Source: Klebsormidium nitens (taxonomy: Eukaryota > Plantae > Klebsormidiophyceae). Taken from it: DNA of 64,000 nt. The translations under genes and the position numbers were made by a program. The notes under the pieces are model-generated. The model had not been told where the DNA came from, ran no database searches, and worked only from the letters and a program-made list of their open reading frames with translations. Shown in pieces: positions 1 through 10,385 of this stretch (position 1 is the stretch's first letter; every line of letters begins with the position of its first letter). The stretch is taken from the NCBI GenBank assembly GCA_000708835.1, contig DF237067.1, positions 124,001 to 188,000 on the forward strand, read 5' to 3'.

Positions 1-1223
1 CCAACTCCACCATCAGAAGAGGAGGAAGGTTTGAAAGCGCCGACAATTCAGGATATTGTAAATATGCGGGTGAGTTGGGGTTTTCTGAAATTGCATTTTG
101 CTCACTGGTGTACTGGTGGGAAGATTTTGATCATTGGATGCTAACAACAGAGTGGTTGCTGCTTGTAAGTGGAGACAGGCCATAGCCTTCATTAACAAAC
201 TCTCTCGGCAGCCAGAAAGGAGTTGTCTTTGTGTCTTCGTTGTCTTCGTTGTCTTTGTTGTAAGACCCTGGGGACAAGGAGTGCTTCTTATTGAACGCAT
301 TCGTTTGAAGTGCTGCTTGGTGGTGGCTACGGGCCACCAATTGTCAGCATGCACTTCATCCATTCCCAGACAGCACGGGCGCCTTCCAACCAGCCCACAG
401 CTCCGCCAGGATTTTCTACACTGGAAGTGTGTAGAGAAAAGTATGATGAGCTGTACATGTCCTCGAAAAACGAGCTTGACTCACTTTGTAAAGCATACAT
501 GAACAGGCCACAAGGAGTCTTCACTAAAGTGAGTTCTTGAAGAAAGTCCTTACAGGTGAAGATAAGATTTATCCTCATCGTTTCCTTGTAATGTGCAGCT
601 TATTCAGAGTGGTGAGAAAGAGCGACTCAAGGAGTTGTTACGGGAGCGATTAGTGGAGTGTGGGTGGAAAGACGATTTGATAGCTGATTGTCGGTGAGAT
701 CCTCCCAGAATTGAAATGAACTTGAAGTATCTTGTTTAGAGTGGGTTGAGCTTTCATTCGCAACTCTTCTGACAATTCTGGCATTTCTTTGACACAAAGC
801 ATGCTATGTCGTTCCCTAAGAATTCATTTGTTTTTGTTGCAATGACTGCGGATCCAGAAGGGAGCTCTGTGAAGCCTGTGAATTGGTAGCTTTGGGTCCT
901 GCAAACCTTGAGTCTTCCCGTTGCAGAAAACGCGTGAGAGAAGCTGGCCGTGGGGCTGTAACAATCGACAACCTCGTCAAAACCATTACACCAAAAGGCA
1001 GAGGTCAGATCCTTGCCAATGGTGCTTCGAATCTTCTTGCCTTGTTAAGAAGTCTTGTGATCAGCCTTCCTTGCTTGAAACTCTCTATGATCTCTTATCT
1101 GGTATCATGCTACTTCTTTTCTCTCCACTGACGTCAAGCTCAATTTGGCTTGCAGCTACCGTACCTGCTAGTGTAAAAGCTGAACTCTTACAGCGGATAC
1201 GAAGTTTCTTAGATGAGACATAG
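1..1223 (+). CDS. ENY2: ENY2/SUS1 transcription and mRNA export factor (SAGA DUB module / TREX-2), 5' end outside window
   Basis: Exons <1-69, 599-693, 927-1003, 1156-1223 (all GT-AG, phases consistent) give PTPPSEEEEGLKAPTIQDIVNMR|LIQSGEKERLKELLRERLVECGWKDDLIADCR|KRVREAGRGAVTIDNLVKTITPKGR|ATVPASVKAELLQRIRSFLDET*, matching the ENY2 signature (GE.ERLKELLR..L.ECGW.D, ITPKGRA.VP..VK.ELL.RI). Confidence 0.95.
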
Positions 1224-1993
1224 TTGTTCAGGACAAAGCCGTTCTGAATTCGCTTAAGCAGCCGATCTTTCAATGGTGAGAATTCAACAGCATGAGCCGT
1301 CTGGTGCACCTCTCATTGTGTCTGTGGCAGATCTAGGCTGATAACATACCAATGACAGTCACGTTTCTCTCAGTGAATGATCTGATGTTTGGAGTAAGAT
1401 AGTGGATCATGGCCAGATCATTTACTCATCCACCCTCTGCGGCCCGTGGAAAAAGGTCAATTTGCGGTATATCTACGAGTGAGCGATTGGACTTCGTCTT
1501 GCTGCACCTCGGCCCGCGCTTAGTACAAACATCATTGTACCAAGGATCTCATGCGTCACGCAGCCATCGGAATCCTAGTCGAGCCATCACCATACAAGAT
1601 TAGTCCCTGGCTGCAACCGCGAAAGTGGAATTACGTTTCTCTATGTGCACACTGGTTTAACGACAGCATGACTACGTTTTATTCAACTTTGAAAGATATG
1701 ACGAATGGAGAACGATGACGATTCCATTTTTCCATCACCTCGCCTCCGTAGAATGGGGCCAAGACTTTGATCACGTTGATGTCCGGCCAATTAAGGCCAT
1801 GATAGGCCCATGGTGGACATGTCCGGAAACCATTCCGTGCTGCATGGTGTGCCTCAGCTGAGCTCATGATTAGCTTGCATCTCGAGCTGCCACCTGTCTC
1901 GCTTTGAAGCAGCTTACTTTGAACGGCGGAGGCAAGCTTCAGCTCTGCACAACTCTACTATTCCGGCTCCAATAGCTAATAAGGGCTCGTAGT

Positions 1994-4900
1994 TCATAGT
2001 TCTGTTACCCAGCCTGTGGAGTCCTGCGGCTTTTTCACGCCCCGTTCTTTCAGGAGCGTTTCTAATTCGTGGACGACCTGTCAAGCGACACGAGATGTTA
2101 AGATGGAATCTGCAACGAGCAATCAAGAAAGCGTCGGGGAGCAAGTGCTTGGGGAATGGTGCTGAACAAAGAACAGTCAGAACTCCCACCATTCCTCACC
2201 TTTTCAACTAGGCTCGCTGTGCTCATCTCCTCTTCGCCCTCTTCGTACCCTGCCAAGACACAGGACCATGATAAGCTCTCTCTGTTCATGTGAGCCGTGA
2301 GATGGACACTGCCCTCCCAGCTGGCCAAGCGAGAAATTTTCGACGCTTTCGTTCTCGAGATCAGAGCGCGAAAGGAAAGGGCTACTCGTAAATGCAAAGT
2401 AAGCAGTGAGCAACTCAGAAAGGACCATCACGAAGCAAAGAGCAATGACGCCAAGTAAGACATAACGCACCTGCTATTGAGACTGTTACGTCCGCATTCT
2501 CGTAGAAGGCTTTTCTGTCCTTCCAGATGGTTGACAGCCTCGTGAACGCCTGCACGAGAACACAATTGAGTACGTTTGCAAGTCTCAGGGGACTGACAAG
2601 TCATCCAGTAAAGACAGAGGCTCGCCATGATACAGCACTTCTCAGCTCGAATTGTTTGCAGTCTATGCCTCCAAGGGTCTCCAAGTGAAGGCAAGCAAGC
2701 TTGGAATATTTCGTGGAAGTCAGTGAAAGCCCCTAAAGAGAAGAGCGTAAAGAGCAGGACCTTCGTTTCAGCGCTCTCGTCTGTGGCATCCCCTCCGTTC
2801 AGCAGTGGCCTGGACGCATGGCCGTTCTTTGTGACGCGCTTTGCCAGGGTTTGAATAGGCACTTGCAGGAAAATGGAGATGCCGTAGTGCATGCTACTCC
2901 TGGGCATGGAAAGAAACGACAACGAAGTCAGAGGCACATCGCGGAAGAAGTGACGAGAAAAGCTATGAGTGCAAAAGCCGATATGCTTGGGCAAACTACC
3001 TCTAAAAGCTGACACTTAAAGCACCGGGCGCCCTTCGCATTTCATGACTACTGTAGTGCCATTGGCACCCATTGACCTGACAGACAGGTTGCTTAATGAC
3101 GGGAGAGCTAATCCAGCACCACGTGCCAGACAAATGTAATAATCTGCCAGCAGTGAACTCCAACTTGCCAAAACCCTCAACCCTTTGAGGCGGGCCATCG
3201 AGCACTGGAATTGTGCCCGATATAGCAAAGAGGAAAGCAAAAGAACTTTTCTGAAGGACAACACGACTGAAGGGCTTCGACCTTGCTCACCAGTTCTCTT
3301 TTCTCAGCACGGCACCACCTCCTGTGGATATCACGGATCTTGTTTCTCTGGCCAGTTGCGACAAGACTTCAGTCTGCACAGTAGCATGCCAGACTTTCTT
3401 AGGCAGTCGAGCTATGTCGTTCATGACCTTTTGCCGAGATTGCTGAGTGCACGAGAGAGGAGGCGCATAGTGCAAAAAGCAGGTCAAGAAAGGTGGAACA
3501 GGAACAATCAGGCAAGCGCCATTTGCAACTTCCAGTGACTTGGGTGAACAGGGACGAGCCGACAGCGAAGCACCATCAGAAATCGGCTCCACACCTCAAG
3601 CTTTCGAAAGGTGTCCTCTCCGTTCTCCTTGAAAATCTGAGAGACAGGTGCTCCTACAGCACCTTCGATAACTTCGTCACTGCAGCACAATGGAAAAAGG
3701 CCATGTCAGAAAGACCACCGCCTAGATTCCGCCCGATTGCTGGCTGCTCGTTCTTTCCCAGATATGGACATGCATTGCAAACAAAGGAGAAACAACCCAG
3801 CTTGGGTATCTTAACGGGGGATGCAAGACTTACAAGCTCCTTAAACCACCACCCCGGGTATAACTCGGGGCAAACCGGCTGGCATTCGCGCCAACGGCCA
3901 CCGAATTTCAAATTTCGGCCCGAAGGCGCTCGCTTCCAGCTTGTGCATTTTTGACCTTATACATCAAAGAAGCTGAAAGCATTACTTCACCATTTTCGGC
4001 GGTTTTGCTTTCTAGAGCTCTATCTTGTGGGAAAAACAAGGCCAGGTCGAAACCGCCGCTCAGTTCGTGCAGAAACGGCCTGTTTTTGCGTAGGCAGGGG
4101 TACCTTCTTCATGTGTGCGTCCAGTGTGCGCCCGTCGCGAATTTCAAGTTGCGAACTTGATTATGAGCATTCCTGGTTACCAGGAGTATTTATACCTTGG
4201 GTGGTGGTTTAAGTGGACGGACTAAGACTGACCATAAATTGAGTTTAGATGATGCAAGCTGGAATTGAGTATGCAAGGAGCCGGCTTCACCAGTCAAAAA
4301 ACCGGTATTGTAACCGCTCGGCCAGTAGCTTCCCAATTGTGCTTTTGCCGCTGCCCATCATGCCTGCTCCAAGGAGGGTTCAAAGCTCATATCAGTGAGG
4401 GAGCATCGATGTCACACGGAATATAGGAGATTACAGGCAGCAAAAAAAATGGAGAATCAGATTCCGAAATCCTGCAGCAAGGCTTCAGTGCGATGGCTCT
4501 GCACTTGTGACGCCAGTGATTGATAACAGCCTCCTCAACTCACCTACAAGGTACACATTGACCCCACCCAATGCCTTAGCAACTCCGACTGCTTTCTCCT
4601 GCAAGAACACAGTCTGTTTGTATCGCAGCACGGTGTCTGTAGTAATTACTAATAAGTGTCAGAAGATTGTGGGGCTATGAACTGCATCAGAGGCCGATAC
4701 GAGGGCGCATGCTGCCCCCACTAGCTATCAGCTCACATCAACTCTGAAGTGGTGTCGATTGATCTTGCCTGCACTCTCCGTTCTGACTCCGGCTCCAAGG
4801 AATCTCGTCGAGGAGTGGCTGGAAAGAGCAGATTAACAGAAGTCAGACACCTGTCAGCTTCAGACACTTTCAAACATACACAAAGGTGCAGGAGTGTTTC

Positions 4901-5249
4901 ACATCGCCAGCAGCTTGCACGTTATGCAATGCTCCTATCTAGTCAGCACACCAACAACGGAAAGCTGTCTGTTGCAGTCCTGCACCAGGAGAGTGGCATA
5001 GGCTCACATACCACTGCATTGCACATCTTTTTTCCTGGACTCTCGGCGCTTGAATCTAGCACAGGCAGCGGGAAGCCTTTGGGCTGATTGCAGCAACCGC
5101 AGCTCAAGTTGCTGCCCCGACTCCTTTTGACGTTGACAATTATGCCAGCAATGAGTTCTTGTGGTGCCAGTCTGATGGCTCCAGTTTGCAGCTGGCAATG
5201 CTTCTAGAAAACTCCGTTGAAAAGCCGGAGCTTGTGCGACGAGCGCCAT
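1994..5249 (-). CDS. SK: Shikimate kinase, plastid-targeted (~311 aa, 10 exons)
   Basis: Exons 5249-5012, 4818-4769, 4598-4544, 4363-4291, 3679-3595, 3373-3291, 2899-2761, 2549-2471, 2249-2200, 2077-1994. Walker [64 protein letters not shown]-terminal Ser/Ala/Arg-rich transit peptide. Intron 2 needs a GC donor. Confidence 0.93.
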
Positions 5250-5966
5250 CGTCTGCTACAGTACAAAGTGGAGGGTACTTTTGAGGTTAGTTAGGCTTTA
5301 AAGAATGACAGACGCAGCTGACGTTGTTTTGTGCAACCTGCAGCTTTATGTTTGATGAACTACCCCCACTTTCTCCGCCCTGAAGCTGTTTTTGCCTAGA
5401 GACCTGATCGAGGCTGCGCGACTTGCTAGGAACCGAGGCCCAAGGGCAAGCAAGGGCTTCGTGAGGCGCAAGGGCTTAGTGTGGCGCCGCTGCGCTCGTA
5501 GATGGCCGTGCTGATATGCCGACGTGCGCAAGGCTGTATTACACTTGCGCGATCCAAACGATCCGATCGGAGTCCGGACCGAATGGAACTTGCAGGGTAA
5601 TGGTCAGTGCCCAATTCGCATATCAAGCAAAGCCCAGCAAGTTGCAACCCGTTTCTACCCGTATGAAGGGCCATTAGTGCGCGTGAATGGTTGGAGAATC
5701 CAGCTCATGCTCCCATTACAAGTAAATGATGCACTTTCTCTTTGGTGTTGTCAATTTCTACTGCCACCTGGGAGCCTTCCCGGTTCGATCTAGTTTGAAG
5801 GCTTCTCTGATCTCATGAGTTCCGCATGGCCGGGGTTGCTGCATTTGCAGGGACCCAGCATCAATCGACACCGTTCGTTCTGCAGTGCTTCATGACGGCG
5901 GCCTTGAAGATGCAGCCTGCAAACGCAGGTGTCTGAGCTCCCTTTTGTGCGGCAGTCCCCTGCACT

Positions 5967-8900
5967 ATGAAGTACGGGCGGGGATTGCGGCCACCTTCCA
6001 GGTCTAGTGGTCGCGGGTGGCGATGGTGGATCTTCCGCGTGGCGCTCCCTCCCACCTTGATGCTAGTCTTTCTTCTGCAGCCGCTCTTCTACTTTTTGGT
6101 GCACCGAGGCTCGCAGCAAGGAGCAGCATCTGCCCAGGGTGATAGTGCAAGAAGTGCGGAATTGCTGAGCTGGGATGCGAGGATCCAAGACTTGGACGAA
6201 AGGAGGGGCAATCGGCAAGTTGATGCATGGTCTCAAGGGAAAAGTGTGCAGCAGCTAGACAGCCAGGTGCAGCCCAAGGTCGACAAAGCGGAAATCAGCT
6301 CAAAGTTTGATCACCCTAGCTTCGCGAAGCCTGAGGTGGCCGTCGGTTGGCCTCCCTCAAACCTGCTCTCCATACAGATGCTGGAGTTCAATCGCCAGGG
6401 GAGGTGGATCCCTGCTGGTCAGGGGCCAGTGAACATCAGCCGTCTAGCTCCTGATGCCATCCCCATCGTGTTGTATGTTCATAACCGGCCGAGCTACCTG
6501 CGGGTGGTCTTGGACGCACTGTCTCATGTCCATGGAATTGAGGAGACGGTGCTCATCGTGAGCCATGACGGATACTATCCCGAGGTGGCGGACATCGTGG
6601 GAGAGATCACCTTCACCAGAGTCAAGCAGGTAAGAGCTGCGGTGGTGCTAAGTGGCTGGCTTCGACTGTGGCAGTCTTGTCTGGCCTCTGAGTCTGTTCG
6701 AAAAGTCCACTGAGGTGTGTTTCTTGAATTGGAAAGAAGAAGAGTGTTGGCTCTGTCGGTGGCAGCTCGGACTTGGCTTTTATTGCATACGATCTTGGTT
6801 CCCCCTGTCCTTGAGGATTATTAGGCTGCAAGGGGCACAAGCACCAGAAGGATAGAATGCACTCAAGAGGCCTCTCGTCTCTCGGAAGGTACTCACTGTA
6901 GGTCCTCGCTTTAAACAAGTTCTTTGTGAACAGCATAATTGAGTTCAAGTTCACTCTGGCCTTTGTTTTCAGTTCATCAGGGAACTCAAGTGGCGATGAG
7001 AAGGAGGAGGTGCTTTATGTCATTATGAAGAACAGTCTTATCCACATCCGATCTTTAAAAGCACAAAAAACGATGCACTTCAACTACACTTGAGAATATC
7101 ATACTTGAAAGCCCATCTACAAAACCAATCGGCTCAAATCATCAACACATACTCTAGTGGACGTTGGTGACTGTAGGTAACAAGTTTGATTGGTTGCCAG
7201 CCATGTTGGCGTCAATCAGTCCCCCAAAAGTCAGTTCCACAAGATCAGCGCAGCAGCCCCCGCTTGCAGATCTTTGCCCCCTACTCGCCCCACAACTTTG
7301 TGGACAGCTTCCCCAACATCTCCCCGGGGGACTGCCCTGAGCGCCCCGCAGCGGGGGAGGTGCAGGTGGGCTGCGTGGGCGACGCCGACCAATACGGCAA
7401 CTACCGGGCGCCGCGCATCGTGAGCTTGAAGCACCACTGGTTCTGGCTGATGAATCACGTGTGGGACGAGATGGTCGAGCTGCGCGACTTCGAGGGGCAC
7501 ATCATGTTCATGGAGGAAGATCACGTGCTCGCGCCGAAAGCGTACAGGACGCTCCAGGTGGGGCCTCCTCGGCTGAGAGTGGTTGGATCTGAGATGGATG
7601 AGAATCTTGCGGATGAATTCGTAGACTAAGATGATCAGTTGCGCGTTTCGTTCTGGACCAGTGATCCGACTTGGAAGGTTGAAACGCAGATAGGTTTTGC
7701 TCGTCAGACCAAGCTGGAGATTTGTTAGACAAGATGAGGGCCGGAACTGCCAGAACTGTCAGAATGGATTGTCAGTTGAACTCGACAAGGTCAACTTGAC
7801 CAAGAGCTTCATCTTTATAGAAGTTTGTCTGCATTTCGTAGCCGGACTCTGAGGCATACCCAAATGAGTTCAAAGTGGTTGGCCCTAACCTTTTCACTAG
7901 CTTATTCGAAGGCTTTTTGTCAACATAATCTGGTGCTCCGCCTTCACCATAGCAGTGGCGACTTTGCTGAGGGGTCGAGCTTTCTTTTGAGAGTCGTTTT
8001 GTCAGTCCAGGGACTTCTTCTAATCTTTATCCAAAAGACCAATGTGGATGTAGACACATTTGCAGTCGTCTTTTGCTCGTCTTTGCCATTTCTGCTGAGT
8101 ATGTGAATTTGCGCATGCTGTTCAAGTTTTGCATGGCCTTGAAAAGTTCATTCTATTTTGATATCTTTCCGTCCTTCGTACACTAACTCAAACAAAGGAA
8201 GCAGCAGCCCCTTTTCAATGCGCTTCCGATTCACCACAGCTGTTGTTTTCTGAAGGCGTTCACGCTCCCTGAAGTGTGATTGTCCTGGAATCCCAATCAC
8301 GTAGGCCCCCCCGCCCCGTTTTTCTTGACTGCCTCTCATCTCGTTCCTCATTTGCACCTGACGAGCTTTCGCGTCTCATCCGTGACACTCGCCTTCCCCG
8401 CCAGGTGCTGGCCAAAGTGAAGGGCGAGCGGTGTCCCCACTGCGTGGCTGTAAATCTGGGCATGCCGCTGCACGACGGGGGGAACCCGGGGGGCAACTAC
8501 TTTGTCGCGGATTGGATGGCCAACATGGGCTACGCCTTCAACCGCAGCACGTGGCAACGGATGCGGGACGGCGCGCGCACGTTTTGTACGTACAGCGACT
8601 ACAACTGGGACGAGACGCTCAAGTGGTCCGTTATGGCGCACTGGGCGCCCGTCAGGCTGGGCCTGCACGCGGCAGGTGAGCGCTGGCGCAAACGAGATCG
8701 GAACGGACGTGTAATGAGGCGTCGAGAAAAGTTTTGGATTGGGCACACGCTTTGCTTCCATTTTCTAGACTCCTGTAAACGAGGAACTTGCGACCTAGCG
8801 GACAGGAATGGTTGACATGAGGGTGGGCTTCTCAGCCTGGGCGCAGTCGTCGTGCGGATTGTTGGCTTTGGTTCTCCTCACCTTCCTTCCTCTTCCTGCC

Positions 8901-9273
8901 CATAACACTGCTAAGGACGCGGTCAAGAAGCGCGTTCCAAGACACGCAGTATTCAGATCGTATGTCCCGAGCCGCTCGCTCTAGTGGAACGCTTGTCTTT
9001 TTCCGATCGGCAGGCCCTCCCATCATGCACATGGGCAAGTGCGGGCTGCACGGGCAGGCGGATGGCGCGGGGTGCGCCGAAATTGACGATCAGGTGGCGG
9101 CCTTTCTGGCCCAGGAGGCAGACCGGCCTCCTCCGGATGAGAGCTGGGGGATACGGGAAGAGGGCCAGGATTTGAATAGAATCGGCTTCTCGGGGTGGGG
9201 GGGCTGGGGCGACCGGAGAGACCACAAGCTGTGCATGTTTTTTGCAAAGTTGCCGGAAGGGTTGCGCTCGTAA
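5967..9273 (+). CDS. MGAT2: Alpha-1,6-mannosyl-glycoprotein beta-1,2-N-acetylglucosaminyltransferase (GnT-II, GT16), type II Golgi membrane protein (~493 aa)
   Basis: Exons 5967-6629, 7270-7557, 8405-8675, 9014-9273. N-terminal TM segment (WWIFRVALPPTLMLVFLLQPLFYFLV), IVLYVHNRPSYL, LIVSHDGY, SLKHHWFWLMN, FMEEDH, NMGYAFNRSTW, FCTYSDYNWD, HMGKCGLH, GWGGWGDRRDHKLC. Confidence 0.93.
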
Positions 9274-10385
9274 GGAGCATCGTCAAAGTGCCTTAACATG
9301 GTGTTGTGCTCGTGATCTTGATACCTTTTAGACGGATTTAGAAACGGCTTGCATTGCGCGCGCATGCATGCTTTGAACACCCTCGGGAGCTTTGTACATT
9401 AGCCGTGAGTATAGACGCTGATGTTAATCTTCTAGACCAACATCTGACCAAGACAGGATGAGAAAGCATCCGACCTGTGATAGCCGACTAATCATTCGAA
9501 GCAACTATTCTGGTGCTCTGGATTGATGCATGTCGATCAGAAAGCTCACGATATGCTTGTCTCCTTTGAGTCCCGGTTGTGAAACGTTGAAGCGTGGTTG
9601 AAGTTTAATCGTAGAACAATCCGCGATCATCTTTGTTTCTTTTTCGGTTGCGCCGGGGAGGTCAAAACCCGGGAACATGCATATTATGATTACCCGGGCA
9701 TACCTCCCGGCGATGCCTAGGAACTAAGGCACGCATTGTTAAGAATAAAAGCCTGACATAGTGACGTTGAAATTTGATCGGCAATACAGCATCAGTGAGC
9801 GTTTGCATGTCGGAGATGTCGGGCAGGCCGTCGCATGCAGGTCGGTGGTATTTAATTAGAGCACATGCCACACCTAGCTTCCGCGGTCGTCCAGGCCCAC
9901 ATCCGGACTATGGGGCTCCACGCGGTCTGCAGATCATGCTAGCTGCATGTCGGACATGATGACACATGATTGTTATAGTACGTGCCGCCAGTGGCAAGTG
10001 TACATGAGTATATGCGTGGTAACGTACATACAAATGTCCAATAATAATGTCCAAGCATCTGTGAGCTTGCATATTGCATGGAGGTGTCCCGCAGACTCGG
10101 TTTATGATCGATTGTCATTGCAAACCGCAATCCACAATCTTGCAGGCCGAAAAGCAGAAGCGCGGTGATCTCGAGAAATCAGGTGCCAGAGATGGTGCGA
10201 TGTGCTATACAATGAACAAGCAGACTCTGAAGGAGCCTGAACAATGTTTCCCGCCTGGGAAATGCTAGCGCAATAAGCTATGGCTGCGACTACCAACCGA
10301 AGTGTCAACGAGCCCTGACCGCAATCAGCCTGTAAATCAACAACTCTCTCTTATCCCCCCACGGATTATTCGAACAAATAGGCTT

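Noticed and set aside
226-260. Short (tgtcttcgt)n-like repeat in ENY2 intron 1
   Set aside because: Three to four degenerate units of low-complexity intronic sequence with no sign of function.
9800-9960. Repeated GCATGTCGGA word (9806, 9945, and reverse at ~60236) resembling a CCGAC/DRE core or a repeat family
   Set aside because: Matches are only 10-11 nt and lie 3' of genes; cannot be distinguished from the local k-mer bias.
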